Origin: a virus
Virus record (IMG/VR): IMGVR_UViG_3300032213_002091
Coordinates: 25,041-89,040 of that record
Length of the DNA stretch: 64,000 bases
Reading direction: 5' to 3' (one strand)
Shown: positions 38,406-47,677 of the stretch, in pieces
How positions within the stretch are numbered: position 1 is the stretch's first letter
Layout of the letters: each line of letters begins with the position of its first letter
Program-made: the position numbers and the translations under genes
Notes under the pieces: model-generated
The model's input: the letters and a program-made list of their open reading frames with translations, nothing else
Databases searched by the model: none
Told to the model about the DNA's origin: nothing

Positions 38406-38777
38406 GTGGTACCCGTCGATGTGAACACCGTTATTCGTCAACGCGACGACCTACGACTGCTGGAAGGCACGCAGGTTGAATGTTCGGGTCGGGTCAAAGA
38501 GTTTCGCCGCCACGAAAAACGTCAAGACCTTGACACCATTCTCCTTGTCAGCTTGATCGTTACTCCCCTACCAATCGGAGAGTCGATTCTGGTTAGCCAC
38601 CTGTGGTTTCTTCGCCGCCAGTTCAAGAAGATTGGTCGCGTGCCAGAGCAAAACGAGCGTGTCAAATTCTTCGGGGAAATCTACTGTTACACTCGCCTCG
38701 GAGGGAAATCCATCGACCGAAACCTGTTCGGATCTACCGACTACGGGATTAAGCCACTAAGTTACAATGCAAATTGA
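38406..38777 (+). CDS. Hypothetical protein (possible OB fold)
   Basis: 123-aa ORF at the start of an operon. Confidence 0.65.
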   Translation: MVPVDVNTVIRQRDDLRLLEGTQVECSGRVKEFRRHEKRQDLDTILLVSLIVTPLPIGESILVSHLWFLRRQFKKIGRVPEQNERVKFFGEIYCYTRLGGKSIDRNLFGSTDYGIKPLSYNAN

Positions 38778-38967
38778 GATTGTCAACCACTTCACCAACA
38801 CCGGAAAAGAGTTCTTTCGATTTGAACTCTACGACGGGCCAGACGGAATCGAGCACGTAAGCGGTTTCGCCTCCGATCTGGTTGAAGCTTTCAGCAAGAT
38901 TATTGAGTGGAGAGAGCGAATCGGCCAAGACTACTACAACGAAATTAACGATGAAACCGACTACTGA
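38767..38967 (+). CDS. Hypothetical protein
   Basis: 66-aa ORF overlapping both neighbours. Confidence 0.65.
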   Translation: MQIEIVNHFTNTGKEFFRFELYDGPDGIEHVSGFASDLVEAFSKIIEWRERIGQDYYNEINDETDY

Positions 38968-39571
38968 GGAACTTGCCCGTTTTCGGGAGAGCGCAACCGA
39001 ATGGGCCAAAGAACGCCTCGCCGATGCGTCCACAGTCATAATTGACACGGAAACCACCGGCCTGCCAAGCAAAGATCCCGACACCGAAATTTGCCAGTTG
39101 GCGATTACCGACGTCAAGGGTCGCCCGCTCTTCTCGATGCTGGTGAAACCCAACAAGCCGATGAACGACGAGGTGATTGCGATTCACGGTATCACCAACG
39201 AACAAGTTCAAAACCAGCCCATCTTCTCTCAAATTGCCAAGATGGTCGCCTTCGTTCTTGAGGGCAAGCACGTTGTTTGCTGGAACAGTGACTTCGACGT
39301 GAAACTTCTGTGGTCTCTCTTCAAGAAGTACGACCAAAAACTGCCGAAGATTGCCGGTGCATCCTGCGCGATGGACCAGTATTCCGAGTGGGTTGGCGAG
39401 TGGAACGCGAAGAAAGAAGGTTTCAAATGGCAGCGCCTTCCCGCCCTTTCCGGAATGCCAGCTCACGACGCTTTCGCAGACTGCCTTTCAACCATCAAAG
39501 TGATTGAGATGATGGCGGGATCGGTGAGCAAGGAAGAACTCAACGCTGAGGATATTGACCTCGACTTCTGA
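38951..39571 (+). CDS. DEDDh 3'-5' exonuclease (DnaQ-like)
   Basis: IIDTETTGL, IHGIT, WNSDFD, AHDAFADC. Confidence 0.9.
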   Translation: MKPTTEELARFRESATEWAKERLADASTVIIDTETTGLPSKDPDTEICQLAITDVKGRPLFSMLVKPNKPMNDEVIAIHGITNEQVQNQPIFSQIAKMVAFVLEGKHVVCWNSDFDVKLLWSLFKKYDQKLPKIAGASCAMDQYSEWVGEWNAKKEGFKWQRLPALSGMPAHDAFADCLSTIKVIEMMAGSVSKEELNAEDIDLDF

Positions 39572-39599
39572 TTTACACGTGGCACTCTTCCCCTATACT
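39572..39599 (+). promoter_or_regulatory. Class-2 promoter TTTACA-N16-TATACT
   Basis: Before ATG 39624. Confidence 0.6.
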
Positions 39600-39623
39600 A
39601 TTCCCGACCAACTTACTGGAACA

Positions 39624-39806
39624 ATGTACGAATTTGGGCGTTATCATCTAACATACGAGCCCCCCTCCGATGTAGTCGAAACTGAAATTTCGATGACCAT
39701 CTCTTCAGACGCGACTCTACCTCAAATGGTAGAGCTCTTTCAGAATTTCCTTCAAGTCAACGGGTATCTACTTGACGGCGCAGTACTGAAGGTCTCAGAA
39801 GAATGA
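39624..39806 (+). CDS. Hypothetical protein
   Basis: 60 aa; TLPQMVELFQNFLQVNGY. Confidence 0.65.
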   Translation: MYEFGRYHLTYEPPSDVVETEISMTISSDATLPQMVELFQNFLQVNGYLLDGAVLKVSEE

Positions 39807-40582
39807 AAAACAGCAATCCCTGGTTCATTGAAGGGTCGTCTCGCGCCCGCCTTGTCTGGGTAACTCCCGACGCTGAAGAGCACATCGCCTACATCGCTCG
39901 TGTCAGCAACCCGAAGAATCAAGAGAACGAAAAGTTCGAAGGTCTTCTGAAGTATTGCATCAAGCAAGGCCACGTTTCGGTGTTTGAGCAGGCTTATATG
40001 TGCGTGGAGTTGATCACTCCGCTGGCAATCGCAACGCAAATGCTTCGTCACCGGTCTTTCTGCTTTCAGCAATTTTCGCTACGTTACAGCTCGAACGAAG
40101 AGTTGAAAGATCTGCTTGGTGAATTCGGCTCCCTGTACTACATTCCCGAAGAGGCTCGGGTGCAGGACCACAAGAATCGGCAGAACAGCATCTTTGCGGA
40201 TGACGCAAAGCTGACTGACGAGATGATGAACACAATGCAGTCCGCTTACACAGTTGCAGACCTCGCCTACAATGATCTCCTTAAAAGTGACATCGCGAAA
40301 GAAGTCGCCCGCTTCGTACTTCCGCAGGGTGGTTACACTCGTATGTACGTCACAGGTAATGTTCGCAGCTGGATGCATTACGTTGGGGTACGTGACGACG
40401 AAGGTGTTGCTCAATGGGAGCACGTTGAACTCGCCCGCGCAATCCGCCCCATCTTCTCAACGCAATTCCCCACCGTCTCCAGAGCCTACTTCAATCGGGA
40501 GCCTTCTTCCCTAGAGATTGAAAACCAAGAACTCAAAGCTGAGATCGAAACCTTGAAAGCTATCCTGCGGGGCAAACTCTGA
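39803..40582 (+). CDS. thyX: Flavin-dependent thymidylate synthase
   Basis: IARVSNP, GHVSVFE, RHRSFCFQQFSLRY, KEVARFVLP, AQWEH. Confidence 0.95.
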   Translation: MKNSNPWFIEGSSRARLVWVTPDAEEHIAYIARVSNPKNQENEKFEGLLKYCIKQGHVSVFEQAYMCVELITPLAIATQMLRHRSFCFQQFSLRYSSNEELKDLLGEFGSLYYIPEEARVQDHKNRQNSIFADDAKLTDEMMNTMQSAYTVADLAYNDLLKSDIAKEVARFVLPQGGYTRMYVTGNVRSWMHYVGVRDDEGVAQWEHVELARAIRPIFSTQFPTVSRAYFNREPSSLEIENQELKAEIETLKAILRGKL

Positions 40583-40583
40583 A

Positions 40584-40805
40584 ATGGCAACGTTGACTAA
40601 ACAGCTCGTTCACGCCCACTGGCACATTCTGGAAGACTGGCCGAAGAAAGATGGCGATTACGTTGTTTGTTTCCTTCAGGACAACGGCGATTACGGCTGG
40701 CCGGATATCTGGGAATTCACTGCCCGCGATGGGTGGGAACCCGTTGCCGGTCAAGATCACGCAGACCAGCCTACGCACTGGTGCGACTTACCCATGCCTC
40801 GATGA
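40584..40805 (+). CDS. DUF551-like small protein
   Basis: WP...GDYVV...PTHWCDLP. Confidence 0.6.
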   Translation: MATLTKQLVHAHWHILEDWPKKDGDYVVCFLQDNGDYGWPDIWEFTARDGWEPVAGQDHADQPTHWCDLPMPR

Positions 40806-41773
40806 TTGACAGACCGAAACTAGAAACCAACTTTCAATTTCGGAACGATCCAGCTCCCGTCGTGGTGGTAGATTTTCACGTCTACCTTCACGACATTCTT
40901 CGCTGGTTTGAGGAAAAGATTGAAAACTCGTTCAAGCCCGAGGTTGAAGACAAACTCCTCAAAGGTGCCTGGGCGCTCAAAATAAATCGTGGCCCGGATA
41001 TGCTCCCTCGCCACTCGTACCGCATCGTGGTTGTGGCCGATAGCAGATTCTCTGATACAGGGAACTATTGGCGAGACCGGTTCATGCGGGAATCAACAAC
41101 CGTGAAATTCGCTTGGGAACAGTATGCTGAGTCGCAAGGTAAAAACCTTTCTGAGATTCCTACACATTACAAGGGAACCAGGGGCGAGAAAACCGACAAC
41201 TTCTGGCGTGTTTTCAACGTCGGATGGGCGTATTGTAATGAGTACTTCCCGATTTTCGCTCAGGAAGGTTTCGAAGCGGACGACATTGCGGGCGCTATCT
41301 ATCGCCTCAGTCGGGATAGCGGCGCTGACAGCGTTGTTACTCAGCGGCAAATCTTCCTCTCGACCTTAGATCGTGACTGGAGCCAACTTGTCGATGAAGA
41401 ACATAGGGTCTACTTCGCAAACACTCGAGTACCGTTCCCAAAGGAGAAAATACAGGAGAGACTTGTCGGCAACCAAGGCGTTATTGAGCATACTCTTCAT
41501 CGCATGGGTTACGAACTCGATCATCCTCGCAATCTCGCTGATTGGAAAGTCAAACACGGTGATCTGGGTGACAATTTGCCTCCAGGCAGTCCTAAATGTC
41601 TCTTTGATCTTTGCGAACCGAACCCTCATTATTCTGTTGAGGAAACGGCACCGTGGTATAGTCGACTTGTGGAGTGTTTGAACGATCCGAAACCGAATGA
41701 TCGTGTTGACCACTTTGAATCAACGATTCGTCAGTTTGCGAAGATCTGCCTTGAGCCTCCGGTGAGGCTTTAA
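40802..41773 (+). CDS. 5'-3' exonuclease / RNase H (PolI N-terminal-like)
   Basis: YKGTR, GFEADDIAG, DRDWSQLV, GDLGDNLP. Confidence 0.85.
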   Translation: MIDRPKLETNFQFRNDPAPVVVVDFHVYLHDILRWFEEKIENSFKPEVEDKLLKGAWALKINRGPDMLPRHSYRIVVVADSRFSDTGNYWRDRFMRESTTVKFAWEQYAESQGKNLSEIPTHYKGTRGEKTDNFWRVFNVGWAYCNEYFPIFAQEGFEADDIAGAIYRLSRDSGADSVVTQRQIFLSTLDRDWSQLVDEEHRVYFANTRVPFPKEKIQERLVGNQGVIEHTLHRMGYELDHPRNLADWKVKHGDLGDNLPPGSPKCLFDLCEPNPHYSVEETAPWYSRLVECLNDPKPNDRVDHFESTIRQFAKICLEPPVRL

Positions 41774-41776
41774 TCA

Positions 41777-41784
41777 GGGTAAAA
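41777..41784 (+). promoter_or_regulatory. GGGTAAAA box
   Basis: 31 nt before ATG 41808. Confidence 0.75.
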
Positions 41785-41807
41785 GTTAACAGCTAAGCTG
41801 AATAAGG

Positions 41808-42491
41808 ATGTCTGATGCCGCCTACCAGGCGAAGTACCTGTCGATGGCGCGTCTCTTGTGGGAGGCGGCAGAGGGCTTGCCTGAAAGAATTTCTGATAAC
41901 TACTCTAATTATCTCCGGCACGATTATTCTGACGGTTCCGTTTCTCTCGCGCCGCTGATCAACAAGTTTGACTTTGCCGATGGCCTGGAACCCGAAGAGT
42001 GGGACGAGGCCGTCGAGATTCTTGGCAAAGTTGACCCGTCTGATTGGCCATTTGTTGACGACATCGTTTCAGTCAACACAGAAGAACTTCTGCGAATCTA
42101 CGACGAAGACGCAACTCCTGGGTGCGAGACTCAGGACTTCATCGAAGATAGCCTAGGGTGCGGTGAAAAGTGTGAGCAGGTGCTGCAGAGGGTAATTGAG
42201 TCCGTGTTTGGCTCACCTGTAGAAAAGATTCGTAGCAATTCCGGCGACTTTCCGAAAGAAGAGAACAAATTTCTCCAGAAAAGCGACGGAACATTTGCCG
42301 GCACGTTTATGCACGGCGACCACAAATTCAACTTTGAAATTGCGCCCACTGAGAGCGGCTGGCTTTGCACATACCGCATGAAGGCGGACTCGCTTGACCG
42401 TCTGCCACCGGTTCCGAATGAGCACAAAGACGAAGACGACGAAACGAAGAAGGACTACACACGCAGAGTGCGAAATCGGGGGTGGAAATAA
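41808..42491 (+). CDS. Hypothetical acidic protein
   Basis: 227-aa ORF. Confidence 0.7.
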   Translation: MSDAAYQAKYLSMARLLWEAAEGLPERISDNYSNYLRHDYSDGSVSLAPLINKFDFADGLEPEEWDEAVEILGKVDPSDWPFVDDIVSVNTEELLRIYDEDATPGCETQDFIEDSLGCGEKCEQVLQRVIESVFGSPVEKIRSNSGDFPKEENKFLQKSDGTFAGTFMHGDHKFNFEIAPTESGWLCTYRMKADSLDRLPPVPNEHKDEDDETKKDYTRRVRNRGWK

Positions 42492-43267
42492 TGGCTAATC
42501 CTGGCGGTCCGCTGAACGTGGTCGGCATTACGCCGCAGCTTATTTCAAACTTAGTTACAACGAGCGTGAGCTCAGGAGTTATATCCAGCGCGAATCAACT
42601 CCTGGCAGGCGTTGCGAACCAGAGCCTCGCACAAGCGGGTTCAGCTTTGGTGGGGAATGCTGCCGGCAACCTCGTGAACGTCGGTATCAACTCTCTTCTT
42701 GGGACGCAAGTCGCTGGTGTTTCCGGTCTCAATTTGAACACCGGAGCAAACGTTCTTGCCTCGACGATCACACCTTTTGTTACAGGTGCGCTCGCGCAAG
42801 GAATCAACCAGTCGATTCAAAACAGTCTGAAAGGTGCTGGGCCACTTGGTCAAGTTCTGGCCGAGATCGGGACTGGCCTGGTAAATCAAGGCCTCAACGG
42901 TCTTACGAACTTGATTGGCGGGGGAATCACGCCTGGTTCGGGCTTAAGCTCTAGCAATGCCACGAGGTTTTTCCCCGGTGCTGGGGATGAGCCGGAAGCA
43001 AACTACAATGGCGGCGGTTCTTACACGCTGGGTTCAAATGGCCCCGACGTGGTGATTGCGATTCGCGCAGCAAACTCGGGTCCGCAGACTTTTGAGAACT
43101 ACTCTTCAATTTTCAACCCTACAACTCCAACCACGTTACCCTTAACAAGTGTAACGAATCCGGGCAAAAGTCAGAACTCAATTGTAAACCAACTCAAGAG
43201 CGCAGCGATAGGCGCAGTCGGGAGCATAGCAACCAGAGGACTTACAACAGCTTTGTCGAGGATATGA
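42491..43267 (+). CDS. Gly/Ala/Asn-rich virion protein
   Basis: Low-complexity amphipathic repeats, upstream of the tape measure gene. Confidence 0.6.
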   Translation: MANPGGPLNVVGITPQLISNLVTTSVSSGVISSANQLLAGVANQSLAQAGSALVGNAAGNLVNVGINSLLGTQVAGVSGLNLNTGANVLASTITPFVTGALAQGINQSIQNSLKGAGPLGQVLAEIGTGLVNQGLNGLTNLIGGGITPGSGLSSSNATRFFPGAGDEPEANYNGGGSYTLGSNGPDVVIAIRAANSGPQTFENYSSIFNPTTPTTLPLTSVTNPGKSQNSIVNQLKSAAIGAVGSIATRGLTTALSRI

Positions 43268-43270
43268 TTC

Positions 43271-43993
43271 ATGGCCTATTCTGATAGTTTCTCGAATTCG
43301 TTCAAAACCGATTCGTTGATATACGACCCGGCAACGAAGGTCACTTTGACAAATGTTGACCCGAACGCGATAAACTCCTTGAGTTTTAACCCCGCCGCTT
43401 TCAACCCGAATGTTAACCTGGGACCCACAAGTTGGACCTTCATCTGCGCCCCGGAGGAAATCTCCTGGACGACTTCTAACGCAGTCAATCGCGTCGACAT
43501 CTTCGGTACAAACAGCCCGCCAGCAATTTCTGGGACCAAGGGGTTGCGTGAATTTACTCTGAACAATGCGCTCGTCGAGGGTTTCTCTCGCAACAAGACG
43601 GTCGAGGCCAAGGTTTCAGCGTTAGAGGACCTCTTAAAGTACAAGTCTTCGCTGTCCGGCGGTTTCGTTAACGTCCCTGTGTACCAAGTGTGGGCGAACC
43701 AGAAGGGTTACGGCCAGCAGGCATATTTCCTGCTCAAGAGTGTACAGGTTAAGGAAAAGATGCGCGATCTCACGGGTGACTCAACTCGTGCTTACGTTGA
43801 CGTCTCTTTCGTCGAGGTTCCGGCGTTTCAGGTGGACTCCGGTATTGACCAGGCACCTTTTTCACAACAAGGGGGGAACAGTTCTCTTGCCAGGATTAGC
43901 TTAGCGAACGCACAGGCGAATGTGGTGGCGTTAAAGGCGCAAGCTCAGGCCAAGGCAAAACCTGCCCCCAGAGCAAACCCTGCAAGGAGATAG
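43271..43993 (+). CDS. Probable tail tube initiator / baseplate-proximal protein
   Basis: WTFICAPEEISW...VKEKMRD..G...RAYVDVSFVE; position next to the tape measure gene. Confidence 0.45.
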   Translation: MAYSDSFSNSFKTDSLIYDPATKVTLTNVDPNAINSLSFNPAAFNPNVNLGPTSWTFICAPEEISWTTSNAVNRVDIFGTNSPPAISGTKGLREFTLNNALVEGFSRNKTVEAKVSALEDLLKYKSSLSGGFVNVPVYQVWANQKGYGQQAYFLLKSVQVKEKMRDLTGDSTRAYVDVSFVEVPAFQVDSGIDQAPFSQQGGNSSLARISLANAQANVVALKAQAQAKAKPAPRANPARR

Positions 43994-43995
43994 CC

Positions 43996-44003
43996 GGGTA
44001 AAA
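43996..44003 (+). promoter_or_regulatory. GGGTAAAA box
   Basis: 31 nt before ATG 44027. Confidence 0.75.
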
Positions 44004-44026
44004 GTAAGAAAGAATAACCTCGAAGA

Positions 44027-47000
44027 ATGGCCGACAACAGGACATTTACGCTGATTGGTAAGTTTGACGATCAAATCAGCAAGAAGCTGAGGGAGGTCAA
44101 CAAACTCTTTGCCGACATTCGCAAGTCAACGGAATCGTTCAGTTCTGAAGTTGGGAGTGCGTCGAAGTCGATCAATAAGATGACGTCCGCGTTAGAGGAC
44201 GCAGGTAGAGCAGCAGGTAAAGTTCGCGACACTGTATCTCAGATTGGCGAGGGCGTAAAAGGACTAGACGGCATTTCAGAGTCTCTTGAATCCGCAGCGA
44301 GAGCGGCTGGCAGAGCACAGGATGAAGTTCTCGGCATCGGTGAAGCGGCAGGACGGGCAAATCGTCAAGCAGACGACTTGATGAACACCCTCTTGAAAGC
44401 TGAGGGACTAAGCAAATTTGGCGACGCGATGGCCCAAGGTTTCAATCGCGGTATGAATGTTGTCATGGGCACCATTCAAAAGGCAGCGGGACTGACCGCG
44501 AAGCTCTTCAAAGACGCGATGGACGATGAGCTGGCGGACATCAAAGCAGCACAAGGTATCGAAGGTTCCTTCGGTTTGGCAGGGTTTAAGGGAGATTTTA
44601 AAGAATCTCAAAGGATGTACAAAAAGTACGACCAAGTCGTCTCTGAGATGATTCGACAATCGTCTGCTCCAACTTCAAAAGTCGTGGAGCTGCAAAGGTA
44701 CACTCTTGACACGATTGGTCCTTTGATGCTTGCGGCGCAAGGTGTCAAGAAGGGCACCGCGATGAAAGATATTGACCCGAAAAAGATTCAGGATTCTGCA
44801 AAACAGTATGGCTCTTTTCTGGAAAAAGCAGCCCTATTCTCTCAAGGAACTGGCTCCAACACCGTTCGAGTTGCGGCGGGCCTTGAGCAGTTGGTAACAA
44901 GGGGAAAGATTGACACCACGATCGACTTCTTCTCAGACAACATCATGCTGATGAAGAACCTTGAAGCGGTAGGGTTTATGGGCCGCCGAGGTGGAGGCGG
45001 AAGCGGAAAAATGATGAACGCCACCGACGCCCAAAGGATGGCGGCGATGATGGAAGCTTTCAATAAGTCGATGTCGGGCGAATCAACAAAAGCGATGGCC
45101 AACAGCCTGACCGGCTCTTTGCAGGGACTGCAAGACACGATCTTCAACCCTTCCGTCGGTATTCTTGGAATGTCTGTGACATTCTCGAAAGAAGAGCAGA
45201 AGAAAGCAAACGAGTCCATACGCCGAATTCAGAATGAACGAATCGCGGGTTACCGAAAAGAGTTAAAGAATGTTTTACTATCAGAAAAACGCAAAGAGGA
45301 GCTGAGGATCAACATTAAACAAGCTGAGACCACACGAGATCAGCTTATATCCGAAGACGAGATTAGCACTCCCTTTAAGGCATTTAGTTACGCATTCTCC
45401 AACCTGATTAGAAACTTGACCGCAGCGATCAACGCGATTGGCCCGGTATGGACGAGTTTTGCTGTTGCAGCCATTGAAGTAACTAACAAAGTTTTTGGCC
45501 CCTTGGGGGAAACTCTCGGAAACGTTGCATCTGACATGCGCGCCAAGAAAGTCACCCAAGCAGAAGGTTTCGGTCGCATTGTTGGGGAAATCTTTAAGAC
45601 AATCGGTCAGATCATGGGCGACCTTGCCAACATGATTAACGACCCGAACAGTGCGATGGGCAAAGTCCAAAGTGAGTTCATGAAAGGTTTCATGGCAGCA
45701 TTTAAAGCTCCAGGAACACTACAGGCAGCGCAGGAAGGAATTAAGAATGGTTTGTCAGCACTTATCGGAAAATTCTTCGAGTTCCTGTGGAAAGCAATCA
45801 CGTTTGAGCCGATTCGTCCGTTGATGCTTCTCTTCGTCGCAGGTATCTTTGGGCCACCTTTGATCGGAGCTGTGATTGCCGGCGCGACTCCCTTGATTAT
45901 TTCCGCCATTGGAAAGATGGTGGTGGGTTCACTCGGAAGAGGTGGTGGTGGGACAGGTGGAGCGGCTGCAGGCTTAGGGGCTTTCATCACTCCGGCAGGG
46001 GCAAGAGCAGCTGGCGGAATTCGCGGAGCAGCAGGATTTGGAAAAGGGCTTTTAGGGCTGGCGTACAGTCTTGGTGGACGTCCGGGCCTCAAGGCCGGCA
46101 GAGGTTTGGCGAATGCCCTGGGGGGAATCGGTGGAGCTGCGGGGAAAGTGGGCAAATTTGTCCCTGGCGGAGCGTTAGCGTTCGGAGCTCTTGACGCCGG
46201 AGTTAGAATGGCTTCCGGACAAGACGCAGGAAAAGCAATCGGGGGTGCCGCAGCAACAGCTATTGGAGCCACATTAGGGGGTATTCTAGGTCAAGCACTC
46301 ATTCCTATCCCCGGTGTTGGAGCTGCGGTGGGCGGTATCGCCGGTGGAATTATCGGGGATAAAGTTGGAACCTTCTTTATGGGTCCTGCGGATGCTCAAA
46401 GCAAAGCCGCAGAAGCGCAGACGCTTGCGGCGAACGCGATGAAGAGCGCCAGCGATAAGTATGGACCTGGTGCAGAAGGACTGGGCGGTGTTGAAGTTTT
46501 ATCGAGAAAGTTTGGCGGAGGGGCCGGTTTCTCGAAGTTCATGGACGAGGAAAAGAAAGCGGGACGTATAACTCAGCAAGAGTATGTTGAGGGTCGCGTT
46601 TTGGCGTCTCAAATGAAGACGCTTAACAGAGCCACCGATAAAGTTAAGTCAACTCAGGAGAAATTATCTGAGGCAACAGCTCTTAGCACAGGTCAGCAGA
46701 AAAAGATCGCGTCGGAGCTTGAAGTAGCCAAGCAAAAACAAAAAGCAGCAATGGACGCGATCACTCAGCAGTGGTCGAGTATGGACTCGGCAAACAGGGT
46801 CAAAATCTTAACTTCGGCAGGAGTTCTGGCGTCAGCGATTCAAGAAGCGGCAGACAAAATTAGGAATGTCAGAGTTCCTACAAGAGTTACCCCTGTAACT
46901 GGGCCGGTTCCCGGGAGCCCCTACGCAAGACCCTCGGGTGAGGAGCCGGGGAAAACAAGAGTAAGAAATGGGTGGGTAGAAGAGAGTGACGGAATGGGAG

Positions 47001-47674
47001 GATGGTATAGAATAAGGAAGGCAAATCCAGGGGACAGGCGAGGGGAAGGGTGGCCTCTGTCTCACTTCTCCACGAAGAATTGGGGAGAAGGTTGCTCTGT
47101 CGGCAGTCTTGGAGGAAGCCAAGCCGGAAGCGTGGACGCTTTCAATTCTGTTGCACGAGGGAAGGGATTAAGCCTCACCAGCGGTTACCGACCAGGGTCC
47201 AGGGGTTTCCACGGAATTAACCGGGCCAGAGATTACTCGAACGGCTATTCTCCAACTCCGCAAATGTTGTCCTTCGCCACACACATGGCCCAAACCTACG
47301 GCGCGAACCTGCGAGAGCTCATTTACACACCACTAGGCTTCAGTATCAAGAATGGTAGAAAAGTTCCGCCTTACGCAACGGAAGGGCACTATAATCACGT
47401 TCACGTGGCTTACGCCCTTGGCGCAGGAATGCCAGCGTTCTTCTCATCACAAAGAGCTGCGATGGACTGGGAGCGCAAGGCGACACTCGGCAACGTCAAA
47501 GTTTCCTCGATAACTTCGAATTCCTCCGAAGGAATGGGAGGTGCGGTGTCCGTGAACGCACCGATCACGATCTACCAGCAGCCGGGCCAAAACTCCGAGC
47601 AACTTGCCGCTTTGGTAGCGATGGAACTTTCAAACGCAATCAATCAAGCTCGCTCTTCTTCAATGTACGTGTAA
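44027..47674 (+). CDS. Tape measure protein with a C-terminal Zn-peptidase (M15-like) domain
   Basis: 1215 aa, Ala/Gly helical with hydrophobic stretches; TSGYRPG..FH....ARD and HYNHVHV. Confidence 0.85.
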   Translation: MADNRTFTLIGKFDDQISKKLREVNKLFADIRKSTESFSSEVGSASKSINKMTSALEDAGRAAGKVRDTVSQIGEGVKGLDGISESLESAARAAGRAQDEVLGIGEAAGRANRQADDLMNTLLKAEGLSKFGDAMAQGFNRGMNVVMGTIQKAAGLTAKLFKDAMDDELADIKAAQGIEGSFGLAGFKGDFKESQRMYKKYDQVVSEMIRQSSAPTSKVVELQRYTLDTIGPLMLAAQGVKKGTAMKDIDPKKIQDSAKQYGSFLEKAALFSQGTGSNTVRVAAGLEQLVTRGKIDTTIDFFSDNIMLMKNLEAVGFMGRRGGGGSGKMMNATDAQRMAAMMEAFNKSMSGESTKAMANSLTGSLQGLQDTIFNPSVGILGMSVTFSKEEQKKANESIRRIQNERIAGYRKELKNVLLSEKRKEELRINIKQAETTRDQLISEDEISTPFKAFSYAFSNLIRNLTAAINAIGPVWTSFAVAAIEVTNKVFGPLGETLGNVASDMRAKKVTQAEGFGRIVGEIFKTIGQIMGDLANMINDPNSAMGKVQSEFMKGFMAAFKAPGTLQAAQEGIKNGLSALIGKFFEFLWKAITFEPIRPLMLLFVAGIFGPPLIGAVIAGATPLIISAIGKMVVGSLGRGGGGTGGAAAGLGAFITPAGARAAGGIRGAAGFGKGLLGLAYSLGGRPGLKAGRGLANALGGIGGAAGKVGKFVPGGALAFGALDAGVRMASGQDAGKAIGGAAATAIGATLGGILGQALIPIPGVGAAVGGIAGGIIGDKVGTFFMGPADAQSKAAEAQTLAANAMKSASDKYGPGAEGLGGVEVLSRKFGGGAGFSKFMDEEKKAGRITQQEYVEGRVLASQMKTLNRATDKVKSTQEKLSEATALSTGQQKKIASELEVAKQKQKAAMDAITQQWSSMDSANRVKILTSAGVLASAIQEAADKIRNVRVPTRVTPVTGPVPGSPYARPSGEEPGKTRVRNGWVEESDGMGGWYRIRKANPGDRRGEGWPLSHFSTKNWGEGCSVGSLGGSQAGSVDAFNSVARGKGLSLTSGYRPGSRGFHGINRARDYSNGYSPTPQMLSFATHMAQTYGANLRELIYTPLGFSIKNGRKVPPYATEGHYNHVHVAYALGAGMPAFFSSQRAAMDWERKATLGNVKVSSITSNSSEGMGGAVSVNAPITIYQQPGQNSEQLAALVAMELSNAINQARSSSMYV

Positions 47675-47677
47675 ACT

